Source: a virus. Taken from it: DNA of 24,457 nucleotides. Each line of letters starts with the position of its first letter. The stretch's first letter is position 1. The notes beneath the pieces were generated by a model, which worked only from the letters and a program-made list of their open reading frames with translations, searched no databases and was not told the DNA's origin. Both the position numbers and the translations under genes were made by a program. The DNA lies in the UHGV virus genome UHGV-0127207; one strand, given 5' to 3'. This document shows, piece by piece, positions 16,647-24,457 of this stretch.

Positions 16647-19061
16647 TTAATACAGGTTCCGCCACTTATCATCTTCCTTCAGACGCTGGTTCCGATAGAA
16701 GATACGCAGGCCTGCTCCTGACGGAATACTGCCGCCGCGAAGGAGCAAATCGACTTCTTTCTCGCTGCCATCAAATCCCCTGGACTTCAGTTCATAGACG
16801 AGCTGCTGTCGCTGATGGTCTGTAATTCGCTGTTTGTAGTCTTTACGCCGTTTCGGTTTCACCTGGCGTAACCTTGCAGCCAGTTCCCGGCGCTCTTTTT
16901 TGCTCATACTGTGCAGGTAATCGTGCAACTCCTTGTCATTCATACGGGTAATATCCGTTCTGGAGTCCCCATCAGCTGATTTGTCTTTCCCTTGTTGGTT
17001 TAAATTTTCAGCAAGGGGACAGTTATTGCCACGAGTCCAAGGGGCGCAAGCGCCCTGGTCGGCTACCGCCTCCTGAACGTCAACGGCCTTACGAACCATT
17101 TTCCACTTCACTGCATGAGTGCAGATCTTGCCCTCTGCAATGGGTGACCAGATGCCATAAATACGAATGCCGTGATCGCCATAGGCGGTCGGCTCTTCGT
17201 TGATTTCATAAGCGGTTCTGATAAGGTGATATTTACGGGGAACCAGTACGCCGCCCTGCTTCATGATGTAGGTGGCAAAACAACCAGCATCAGCAGCAGC
17301 CAGGATGGCATCAAGGCGCGGGTCATCCAGTATCGGCGCACCTGCTTTTTTGTCACCCTGTTGCCTTGCCGCCTGACCAGCCAGCAAGCGAAGTTCACGG
17401 TAAGCCTGACGTCCCGGAATACCAAAGAAGCGGAACTGCTGAACACGATGCAGAGACGCCCAGGCATTAACGTATTCGGCGTTATCACGCAGGGATTTAC
17501 CCGTTTCCTTGCTGATCTCGCCAGCCAGACCACGCCCGTCAATGTTCTTACTGATGTATTTCGCGATATAGCTTGTCGGTGTTCCTTTGCGCGGGTTAAT
17601 CAGCTCAGACTTAAAGCGTGGCCCCGTGTTGTTGCCCAGCTCCTCGCGGTCTACACGGATGGCAAACTTACGCAGTAATGCAGTGATGGCGCGGCGGTCT
17701 TTTTTACGCATGAAGCACATGAGATGCCAGTGCACAGTACCGTCATGGTGCGGCTCAGCCACCCGCACGCCATACCAGCGCAACCCGGTTTTGTGCATTG
17801 CCTTACGAAATGCAGCAAACATGCCGACCATATAATCGCTGCTTTGTCTTACCGTCGCATTTGTCCAGGTCGGGTTGGGTCTGCCGTTGTTGAGCGTGGA
17901 ATGGAAACGTGACGGACAGGTGATAGTGTAGAAAACGGCGCAGTCACCGCGCATTTCCGCGATAAGCTCCAGACCTTTAACACAGGCCATCATCTCATTG
18001 CGGCGATGCGCAGGGTTGCTGCTGCTGGCGTTTACCACATCCTCCATGTCCAGCGTGTCGCCGTCTTCGTTCACCAGTTCATGAGAACGGAAAAACTCCA
18101 GCGACTTACGGCGCTGCTCACGTTTATGCATCACGGCTTCATAGCTGACATAGGGAGATGCTTTTTTGCTGACCAGGCAGACAGCACGCAACTGCTCTTC
18201 CCGCCATTCGCAACGCATCTTCCATAATTTCCGATACCACCAGTCGGCGCACAACATACGCGCCAGCGAACCCGGAATGAGTTCATAGGGCACGGGTTTA
18301 CGGCGGTTTCTTTTCCGACGGAGTTGCTCAAACGCAGGTGGGATGACATCCAGACGCAGGGTTTCCGCCGCCACCTTTTCCCATGTCTTGCGGATTTCTT
18401 CTGGCTTAACGTCATCGGTGGCATACAAATCGCCACAAGCTGCCTCAAGGCACATGCTCATATGCGCAGCTACCAGGGTGGACAGGCGTTTCACCTGATC
18501 CTGACTCATTTCAGGCAGGATCAGCAGGCCCTCCAGCCCTTGATGGCTTGCCATAAAACGGAAAGAAGCAGACAGCTGACTGTCACGTACACAATCCAGT
18601 CGCTCCAGACATGGCTTAATCGTCTCACGCAAATAGCGGGAATAAGCCTTTGGCCTGCCCAGGCTGCTGAAGTATTCGATACGTTGCATCAGCGGCTTGC
18701 TGATATGGATGGGCTGGGCGCTGACGTCCGCCAGAATGACCATGTCCGGGTTAAAACGCTGCTGTTCATGCGCTAGCTTTGCCCGGCTAATGAGCTTATC
18801 CTGCTCCATTTCGCGCTGGACAGGATCACGAGATTCATTAAAGAAATAACGCTCCCAGACCTGCTCACTCAGTGCATCGCGGCACAGCTGTTCCTGCTCA
18901 TTATCGGCAGCGTACAGAGTGATCAGGTTTAAAAGTGCAGACTCCGGAGCAACTTCCGCCGGGTCCAGATAAGGGTTAATGGCCTTTTTCGGGCCGTTCC
19001 ATGAAAATGCTGCAGCGGCCTCGTTAAAGCCGCTAGAGTTGCTCATATCGTCATGACTCAT
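16647..19061 (-). CDS. A: Replication initiation protein gpA (rolling-circle nicking endonuclease)
   Basis: 804 aa; P2/186 gpA-like by size and position at the end of the early operon; start overlaps dam stop. Confidence 0.85.
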   Translation of the reverse strand: MSHDDMSNSSGFNEAAAAFSWNGPKKAINPYLDPAEVAPESALLNLITLYAADNEQEQLCRDALSEQVWERYFFNESRDPVQREMEQDKLISRAKLAHEQQRFNPDMVILADVSAQPIHISKPLMQRIEYFSSLGRPKAYSRYLRETIKPCLERLDCVRDSQLSASFRFMASHQGLEGLLILPEMSQDQVKRLSTLVAAHMSMCLEAACGDLYATDDVKPEEIRKTWEKVAAETLRLDVIPPAFEQLRRKRNRRKPVPYELIPGSLARMLCADWWYRKLWKMRCEWREEQLRAVCLVSKKASPYVSYEAVMHKREQRRKSLEFFRSHELVNEDGDTLDMEDVVNASSSNPAHRRNEMMACVKGLELIAEMRGDCAVFYTITCPSRFHSTLNNGRPNPTWTNATVRQSSDYMVGMFAAFRKAMHKTGLRWYGVRVAEPHHDGTVHWHLMCFMRKKDRRAITALLRKFAIRVDREELGNNTGPRFKSELINPRKGTPTSYIAKYISKNIDGRGLAGEISKETGKSLRDNAEYVNAWASLHRVQQFRFFGIPGRQAYRELRLLAGQAARQQGDKKAGAPILDDPRLDAILAAADAGCFATYIMKQGGVLVPRKYHLIRTAYEINEEPTAYGDHGIRIYGIWSPIAEGKICTHAVKWKMVRKAVDVQEAVADQGACAPWTRGNNCPLAENLNQQGKDKSADGDSRTDITRMNDKELHDYLHSMSKKERRELAARLRQVKPKRRKDYKQRITDHQRQQLVYELKSRGFDGSEKEVDLLLRGGSIPSGAGLRIFYRNQRLKEDDKWRNLY

Positions 19062-19915
19062 ACACGCACCTCGTACACAGCAGAACTATCCACGCCACAC
19101 GAAGGATCAAATCCCACCCAGCAGCGCGCCCCGGAAACAGCAATGATTTCTGTTGCAGGTTTACTCTCGCCAGCCGACACGCCGATGCTGCGTTTTGCCT
19201 TGATGTAGTGGTGAGTGAAATTTCGATACAGCGAACGGATCAGGGATGTGTCACTGTTAGAAACAATGACTGGATGACCTTCTGATGATCGATATTCAAG
19301 AACAGATGCCAGGTGATACTGGTCATCTTCAGTGAAGCCGTTAGTGTGATAGCCGGAAAACGTACCGTCATAAGGCGGATCGCAATACACCACATCCCCC
19401 ACCTGCAGCATCGCCAGCGTTTCATCAAAGCTGGCGCAGATAAACGTTGCTTGCTGGGCTTTCTCTGCAAATGCGCGAATTTCTTTTTCAGGGAAATACG
19501 GATTTTTATAATTACCGTATGGAATGTTGAAATGCCCGCTCTTGTTATAACGACATAACCCACGGTAACCATGACGATTGAGATACAGGAAATATACCGC
19601 TTTCATGAAATCAGTAATTTCAGTGGAGTAATTAAACTCCTGCCTTATGTTGTAATAAGCCAACTCCCTGTTTGCTTCCTCAAATAAAGCTCTGGCACGA
19701 GATATAAACGCCTCGCAATCAGCAGCAACCTTTTTATAGAGGTTGATTAAATCAGGATTAATATCCGCAACAAGATAGCTGGGGTAATCCGTCTCCATCA
19801 TCACAGCACAGGAACCCGCGAAAGGTTCAACCAGTCGCGGGCCAGCAGGAAGGTGTTTTTTCAGTTCGGACATTACGGCGGTTTTATTTCCCGCCCATTT
19901 CAGGATGGTGCTCAT
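19058..19915 (-). CDS. dam: DNA adenine methyltransferase (Dam-type N6-adenine MTase)
   Basis: ORF 19058..19975; ATG at 19915 gives [11 protein letters not shown]... (Dam-type N-terminal SAM-binding motif) and contains DPPY catalytic motif; coupled to traR-like gene upstream and A downstream. Confidence 0.8.
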   Translation of the reverse strand: MSTILKWAGNKTAVMSELKKHLPAGPRLVEPFAGSCAVMMETDYPSYLVADINPDLINLYKKVAADCEAFISRARALFEEANRELAYYNIRQEFNYSTEITDFMKAVYFLYLNRHGYRGLCRYNKSGHFNIPYGNYKNPYFPEKEIRAFAEKAQQATFICASFDETLAMLQVGDVVYCDPPYDGTFSGYHTNGFTEDDQYHLASVLEYRSSEGHPVIVSNSDTSLIRSLYRNFTHHYIKAKRSIGVSAGESKPATEIIAVSGARCWVGFDPSCGVDSSAVYEVRV

Positions 19916-20139
19916 ACAGCACCCCCGTTGTAATGTTTGCCTTTCAGCTCTGCGATTTCCTGACAGGTAATGCAAAGCTGCACACCCGGAATGGCACGGC
20001 GGCGTGCTGGCGGAATTGGCGCTTCACACTCAACGCAAAGCACGCGGGACACGCCCGGCGTTTTGGCACGGGCAGCACGGATATGGCGCTGGCGTTCTTC
20101 TTCAACGCGCTGCTGTACGAGATCCATTGCATCAGCCAT
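19912..20139 (-). CDS. TraR/DksA-family C4 zinc-finger protein
   Basis: 75 aa; CVECEAPIP...17 residues...CITCQ four-cysteine arrangement; typical small gene of P2-family early operons. Confidence 0.75.
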   Translation of the reverse strand: MADAMDLVQQRVEEERQRHIRAARAKTPGVSRVLCVECEAPIPPARRRAIPGVQLCITCQEIAELKGKHYNGGAV

Positions 20140-20378
20140 TAGTGGATCTCCTGCGCTTCGTTCTGGATTGCTTCAGCAGTCACACGCAGCAGTTCTGCCG
20201 CTTCCACGTGGTTTAGCTGACGGGATGAGATATGACACGCCAGGCTATCAAGGCGAGCTGCCATTGCTTCAGCCCTTGCCCGGCGTTCTTCCAGACGAGC
20301 CTCTGTCAGTAAAATATTAAGCCCTGCGTCATCCGGTCCGGTTTTAGTCGTGAGGGTTTCAATATTACGCATAATCAA
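20139..20378 (-). CDS. Hypothetical early-operon protein
   Basis: 79 aa ORF; stop overlaps the start of the zinc-finger gene (ATGA); same strand as the early operon. Confidence 0.5.
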   Translation of the reverse strand: MIMRNIETLTTKTGPDDAGLNILLTEARLEERRARAEAMAARLDSLACHISSRQLNHVEAAELLRVTAEAIQNEAQEIH

Positions 20379-20439
20379 TTCTCCTGAATTTAGATAAAGG
20401 GATGCCCGGCGGGTTTACGCCATTAATTTCATTAGTTGG

Positions 20440-20781
20440 TTAATTCGGCATGGTTAGCCGTCTGGGAAATAAGCTCACCACTGCACGAAAATGATTCATT
20501 GCTTTAATCAGCTCCCGCTTTTCGTCAGTGGTCAGCTCATTAATGCTGATGCTATGACGTTCAGCTGGAATTTTTGCCATAAAGAATATGGCAGCCAGTG
20601 CCCGTTTATTTTGTTCATTATTGATATCCCGTGGATCACGCATATCTTTAATAAACCGCTCAAGCTCTGACTCAATATTCAGGCCAAAAACTTTCGCCCT
20701 TAACTCCGCAATGTGATTAAGTCCATTCAGGCGTTCACCGGGGCTTAATGGAACAGTTGCTGCAGCGCCATTAATTGCCAT
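20440..20781 (-). CDS. Hypothetical early-operon protein
   Basis: 113 aa ORF in the cII-to-A operon; no recognisable motif. Confidence 0.5.
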   Translation of the reverse strand: MAINGAAATVPLSPGERLNGLNHIAELRAKVFGLNIESELERFIKDMRDPRDINNEQNKRALAAIFFMAKIPAERHSISINELTTDEKRELIKAMNHFRAVVSLFPRRLTMPN

Positions 20782-20803
20782 ACTTCATATCCCCCAAACG
20801 CAG

Positions 20804-21028
20804 CTATCGTTCTTTGTTCTTACGGTAACGCTCAAGAGGAGATACATTTTTTCGTATCGTCTCTTTAACCTGCTCTCCCCGTAAAAACGTCCCATCCTTT
20901 AACGCGAAAAAGTAACTGCCATCGCCCGACAATGACGGATAGCAACAGAGCAAATCATCTTCAGGTACTGAATAACTCTCCCCTCTGTAACGAAACTGAT
21001 AAACCACTTCACTTTCTGCCGCATACAT
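20804..21028 (-). CDS. Hypothetical early-operon protein
   Basis: 74 aa ORF; overlaps the 3-prime part of ORF 20899..21225 in another frame. Confidence 0.45.
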   Translation of the reverse strand: MYAAESEVVYQFRYRGESYSVPEDDLLCCYPSLSGDGSYFFALKDGTFLRGEQVKETIRKNVSPLERYRKNKER

Positions 21029-21195
21029 TTGGACTTTCTCCGTTTCCTCGTGGTCAATTCAGACAGCAATTCATCTTGTGAATGACATGGATGCCAGCGT
21101 TTTCCATCCTCACCCGTGATCCAGCCGTGACCGTAGTGCATTGCCGGGCTTTGTTTTACCAGCAGCGATGCAAATGATGGTTCTTTCGTCAGCAT
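20899..21195 (-). CDS. Hypothetical protein (conflicts with 20804..21028; at most one frame is likely real across the overlap)
   Basis: ORF 20899..21225 with internal ATG at 21195 (MLTKEPSFASLLVKQSPAMHYGHGWITGEDGKRWHPCH...); immediately downstream of cII. Confidence 0.3.
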   Translation of the reverse strand: MLTKEPSFASLLVKQSPAMHYGHGWITGEDGKRWHPCHSQDELLSELTTRKRRKSKCMRQKVKWFISFVTEGRVIQYLKMICSVAIRHCRAMAVTFSR

Positions 21196-21202
21196 AAGCA
21201 CC

Positions 21203-21721
21203 TCACAGCAAACCGAATGAAGCACCGAGGCCAGTCACGGTATCAACTGCACTCGCCATCGCAGGGTTAGCCTGTAAACGGGCCTGCAATGAAACAGCAG
21301 CCAACGCCATCAGTCGTGTTACAGAGTTAATGCTGCTGATAGCATCACGACGACCTGCACTGGTTTTTACATCGCCAGATACCGCACCTGCAGCAACACG
21401 CCCGATCTCTGCGGTTGCACTCATGACGTAATGTGGCAGTTTCTCTTTTGCCACCTCATTAATTGGTACGCATGGCAGGCAGTGAATCTGTGCCAGAAAA
21501 CCATCTACCAACGTTGAATCTTCAGTCAGATCGGTAAGCAGCCAGATTTCTGGTGCGGTTAATAAATGAGGTTGAGCTGGGTTCAGCTTGTTCCGCAGAA
21601 TCTGCACATTCATGCCCGCACGTTCTGCCAGTTGCACCAGATTGTGGCGCAGTGCGAATGCACGACAGGCTTCATCAAAATGTGGATGTTTGGAAACTTG
21701 GTAATCAAACATGGTTTTCAA
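21203..21721 (-). CDS. cII: 186-type CII lysogeny-establishment regulator (Phage_CP76 family)
   Basis: 172 aa; closely resembles what I recall of the CII/CP76 proteins of 186-like prophages ([11 protein letters not shown]...[10 protein letters not shown]...LRNKLNP...); sits downstream of apl on the lytic-side operon. Confidence 0.75.
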   Translation of the reverse strand: MKTMFDYQVSKHPHFDEACRAFALRHNLVQLAERAGMNVQILRNKLNPAQPHLLTAPEIWLLTDLTEDSTLVDGFLAQIHCLPCVPINEVAKEKLPHYVMSATAEIGRVAAGAVSGDVKTSAGRRDAISSINSVTRLMALAAVSLQARLQANPAMASAVDTVTGLGASFGLL

Positions 21722-21776
21722 CTCCGAACTTATCGCAAAATCGAACTCAGCGTCTTATTGCGAAAATAGACGTCTA

Positions 21777-21980
21777 TTAAGCAGACAAAGCATCAACAGT
21801 CAGAGCAGCCAGGTTAATCATTACCTTTTCACGTTTTTTGTCTTTACGAAGACGATGACGAGGTAGTCGGCCATCAGCCAACATGTCGTTAATCGTATCA
21901 ATAGAAAGGCCAGTCAGTTCGCTATAACGTTCGATTGTGACATGTGGTGTATTCAGAGTAATTGAAATGTTAGGTGTCAT
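21777..21980 (-). CDS. Apl/Cox-like excisionase and transcriptional regulator (small HTH protein)
   Basis: 67 aa; HTH-like segment [27 protein letters not shown]; first gene of the lytic-side operon, divergent from cI; RBS AAGGA. Confidence 0.7.
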   Translation of the reverse strand: MTPNISITLNTPHVTIERYSELTGLSIDTINDMLADGRLPRHRLRKDKKREKVMINLAALTVDALSA

Positions 21981-22045
21981 AAGGCAACATTCCTTCTAGA
22001 TATGGCTTGTGGCGAGCCGTTGTTTGTCGTGATTAGTAGTGAAGG

Positions 22046-22119
22046 CTCCAAAAGAACACTTCTGGTTCAACTTTAAGATCGCTTTTGGAATCTGTCAACG
22101 AATTTTGGATTTCTTTGGA
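22046..22119. promoter_or_regulatory. Immunity switch region with repeated TTTTGGA-type motifs (candidate CI operators, convergent pR/pL arrangement)
   Basis: CCAAAAG at 22047-22053 inverted relative to CTTTTGG at 22082-22088; direct copies (T/C)TTTGGA at 22083, 22103 and 22113; lies between the divergent apl and cI genes. Confidence 0.4.
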
Positions 22120-22125
22120 GGACTT

Positions 22126-22695
22126 GTGGATTTCAATAGCGGCGGTAAGAAAGCCATAGAACGTTTAGTTGAAGCATATGGGTTCGGTACCCGTCAGGCT
22201 CTCTGTGATCATTTAGGTGTTTCTAAGAGCACCATGGCAACGCGCTATATGCGTGATATTTTTCCAGCAGATTGGGTAATCCAGTGCGCCCTTGAAACGG
22301 GCACCTCGCTTAATTGGCTAACAACAGGGCATGGTTCAAAGCAAGCATCAGCAAATACAAATACTATAGAAGTAGAAAAATATTTATTGTCTGATGGAGC
22401 ATTGCAGAAAGACGGTTTTTATATTTTTGATAAGGGATTTCTACCCTCTACGTTTAAAAAACCTTTTGTCATCACAGATAACAATTCTGAATTTATTTGT
22501 GATAAAGAATTTGATGATATACGTGATGGTAAATGGGTAATAAGTATTGATGGCGAAATAACGATCCGTGACATTACTCGTTTACCCGGTGGAAGAATCT
22601 TCGTCGAGGGTGGAAACAGAGCCTTCGAATGCAAGATAGAAGACATTGAAATAATTGGTAAAATTATAAGTTTAACAGTCAAGTATGTTAAATAG
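22126..22695 (+). CDS. cI: CI immunity repressor (186-type, N-terminal HTH)
   Basis: ORF 22039..22695; GTG at 22126 preceded by GGAGGA gives about 189 aa; HTH region GTRQALCDHLGVSKSTMATRYMRD; start uncertain (SD spacing short). Confidence 0.75.
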   Translation: MDFNSGGKKAIERLVEAYGFGTRQALCDHLGVSKSTMATRYMRDIFPADWVIQCALETGTSLNWLTTGHGSKQASANTNTIEVEKYLLSDGALQKDGFYIFDKGFLPSTFKKPFVITDNNSEFICDKEFDDIRDGKWVISIDGEITIRDITRLPGGRIFVEGGNRAFECKIEDIEIIGKIISLTVKYVK

Positions 22696-22710
22696 TACCG
22701 GGAGGAAACT

Positions 22711-22902
22711 ATGCTTGGTAAGGTATTTTTTGTGGTTTTGTCATGTTCTTTGTTATTAAACCCACTAACTACCTATGCTAGAAATTATCCCTGCTCAGGG
22801 AAAAAGGGAGGTGTTTCTCACTGTACCTCAGATGGCAAATTCGTTTGCAATGATGGAACTATTAGTAAATCCAAAAAAATCTGTACTAAAAACTCACGAT
22901 AA
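22711..22902 (+). CDS. Small secreted cysteine-rich protein (moron in the cI-int operon)
   Basis: 63 aa; strong RBS GGGAGGAAACT-ATG; N-terminal signal peptide [23 protein letters not shown]; mature part basic with four Cys; A+T-rich. Confidence 0.55.
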   Translation: MLGKVFFVVLSCSLLLNPLTTYARNYPCSGKKGGVSHCTSDGKFVCNDGTISKSKKICTKNSR

Positions 22903-23090
22903 CTTTTGCTTTTATATCTGCGTCTAAAATAAAAATGAGCCGCAGGTTAACCGCAAAAGTTACATGCTCACATAGCAAAAAGAATAGCCAACTTCATGAT
23001 GGCTTCAGTGAGATGTATGGTCGTAGGATTTCATACATTGACACTGGTTATACATACAGTAAAAATGCTCTCTACTGGAGGGCATTTTTT

Positions 23091-24143
23091 ATGGCAGTAC
23101 GAAAACTCACCACAGGGAAATGGCTTTGCGAATGTTACCCCGCCGGACGTAGTGGGCGTCGTGTGCGTAAACAATTCGCCACCAAAGGCGAAGCTCTGGC
23201 TTTTGAGCGCCACACGATGGAAGAAACCGAAGCAAAGCCCTGGCTGGGTGAATCAGTGGATCGTCGAACACTGAAAGACGTAGTTGAGCTATGGTTCAAA
23301 CTACATGGTAAATCTCTGACAGCTGGGCAGCATGTCTATGACAAATTGCTGTTGATGGTTGACGCTCTGGGTAATCCTCTTGCAACCGATCTCACCTCTA
23401 AAATGTTTGCCCACTATCGAGATAAACGCCTGACAGGCGAGATCTACTTCAGCGAGAAATGGAAGAAAGGAGCAAGCCCGGTCACCATTAACCTGGAGCA
23501 AAGCTATCTAAGTAGTGTTTTTAGCGAACTATCCCGTCTGGGCGAATGGTCGTATCCGAACCCACTGGAGAACATGCGAAAATTCACCATCGCAGAAAAA
23601 GAGATGGCATGGCTTACCCATGAGCAGATTGTTGAATTGCTGGCTGATTGCAAACGTCAGGACCCAATTCTGGCACTGGTAGTTAAGATATGCTTAAGCA
23701 CAGGCGCACGCTGGCGTGAAGCCGTAAATCTTACCCGCTCACAGGTGACCAAATACCGAATTACCTTTGTCAGAACGAAGGGGAAGAAAAACAGAAGCAT
23801 CCCTATCAGTAAAGAGCTTTACGAAGAGATCATGGCGCTTGATGGGTTCAATTTCTTTACAGACTACTATTTTCAATTTTTATCCGTGATGGAAAAAACG
23901 TCTATCGTGCTCCCTCGCGGTCAACTCACACACGTTCTGCGCCATACGTTTGCGGCGCACTTCATGATGTCGGGTGGAAACATTCTCGCCTTACAAAAAA
24001 TTCTCGGACACCACGATATAAAAATGACTATGCGTTACGCACATCTGGCACCAGATCATCTGGAAACGGCGCTCCGTTTCAATCCTCTGGCAACGCTGCC
24101 AAGTGGCGACAAAGTGGCGGCAGCGGTTGGCATTACCCCGTAA
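23091..24143 (+). CDS. int: Tyrosine integrase (P2/186 family)
   Basis: ORF 22935..24143; ATG at 23091 (MAVRKLTTGKWLCECYPAGR...) taken as start; C-terminal catalytic region HVLRHTFAAHFMMSGGNILALQKILGHHDIKMTMRYAHLAPDHL with catalytic Tyr in MRYAHL. Confidence 0.9.
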   Translation: MAVRKLTTGKWLCECYPAGRSGRRVRKQFATKGEALAFERHTMEETEAKPWLGESVDRRTLKDVVELWFKLHGKSLTAGQHVYDKLLLMVDALGNPLATDLTSKMFAHYRDKRLTGEIYFSEKWKKGASPVTINLEQSYLSSVFSELSRLGEWSYPNPLENMRKFTIAEKEMAWLTHEQIVELLADCKRQDPILALVVKICLSTGARWREAVNLTRSQVTKYRITFVRTKGKKNRSIPISKELYEEIMALDGFNFFTDYYFQFLSVMEKTSIVLPRGQLTHVLRHTFAAHFMMSGGNILALQKILGHHDIKMTMRYAHLAPDHLETALRFNPLATLPSGDKVAAAVGITP

Positions 24144-24166
24144 TAACCACCACTGACCACCAACCC

Positions 24167-24198
24167 AACTTATTGTTTTTAATCTAACTTATTGTTTT
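24167..24198 (+). repeat. Direct repeats AACTTATTGTTTT x2 just after int (candidate Int arm-type or att-associated sites)
   Basis: Identical 13-mers at 24167-24179 and 24186-24198, separated by 6 bp. Confidence 0.5.
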
Positions 24199-24202
24199 CA
24201 TT

Positions 24203-24228
24203 AACCCGTTTACATAAATGGGTTTTTT
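24203..24228 (+). terminator. Rho-independent terminator-like hairpin downstream of int
   Basis: AACCCGTTTA-CA-TAAATGGGTT stem (one G-T wobble) followed by TTTTTT. Confidence 0.5.
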
Positions 24229-24457
24229 GTTATCTAAAACTTATCTACTACCCTGCAACCCTCTCAACCATCCTCAAAATCTCCTCGCGCGATAGCGGCT
24301 TACGGTCGGTGACAAAATGCAGCGTCATCCCCTCAATAAACGCATCAAGCGCGCGGGCGGTTCCGGGTTCAAACCATTGTTCGAGCGTTTGCTGACTGCG
24401 CTGCACTGAGAGATCCCCTCATAATTTCCCCAAAACGTAACCATGTGTGAATAGATT

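Noticed and set aside
16631-19061. Alternative-frame ORFs inside replication gene A (16631..16825, 17172..17678, 17261..17542, 17587..17835, 17724..17912, 18006..18227, 18131..18448, 18324..18776)
   Set aside because: All lie within the single 804-aa gpA reading frame on either strand; no support for independent genes.
19240-20320. ORFs 19240..19572 (-), 19313..19558 (+), 19933..20142 (+), 19944..20132 (-), 19970..20320 (+), 20004..20216 (+)
   Set aside because: Overlap the Dam methyltransferase, TraR-like and 79-aa genes in other frames or antisense; the chosen genes form a coupled operon with overlapping start/stop codons.
22419-22682. Minus-strand ORF antisense to the cI C-terminal region
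   Set aside because: Antisense to the repressor gene in A+T-rich sequence; low-complexity translation.
24192-24395. Plus-strand 67-aa ORF after int
   Set aside because: Spans the terminator hairpin and putative att region with no RBS; translation is low-complexity. It may overlap the start of a host gene on the other strand, which I cannot identify.
24330-24400. tRNA-like T-arm near the window end (GGTTCAAACC)
   Set aside because: Flanking sequence does not form the required T-stem or an acceptor stem; no tRNA can be supported.
1-24457. CRISPR arrays, rRNA, insertion sequences or transposase genes
   Set aside because: No regularly spaced direct repeats, no rRNA-like sequence, and no transposase-like ORFs or terminal inverted repeats were seen.

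Overview
Almost the whole window is one P2/186-family temperate myovirus prophage, lying inverted relative to the canonical P2 map. From left to right: tail fibre H (N-terminal part, minus strand, runs off the window) - baseplate I, J, W, V - an A+T-rich opposite-strand moron - tail completion S, R - spanins lysC/lysB - lysA - endolysin K - holin Y - X - head completion L - terminase small M - capsid N - scaffold O, then a divergent late-promoter region and terminase large P - portal Q on the plus strand. Next comes an A+T-rich accessory island: a TOPRIM-like gene plus an ABC-type ATPase (candidate anti-phage module), a cos-like motif, a strongly acidic small protein, and a LexA-box-controlled small ORF plus DinI homologue. 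The early region follows: replication protein A, Dam-type methyltransferase, TraR/DksA zinc finger, small ORFs, 186-type CII, Apl/Cox-like, then the switch region, CI repressor, a small secreted Cys-rich ORF and the integrase, with direct repeats and a terminator near the presumed att end. The CII gene and the LexA-controlled operon suggest a 186-type (SOS-inducible) rather than P2-type phage. All protein calls rest on reading the translations and recalled family motifs and gene order; no database search was run. The most interesting candidates are the ATPase/TOPRIM pair, the S-V moron of unknown function, and the acidic protein; none of these can be shown to be novel from sequence alone.
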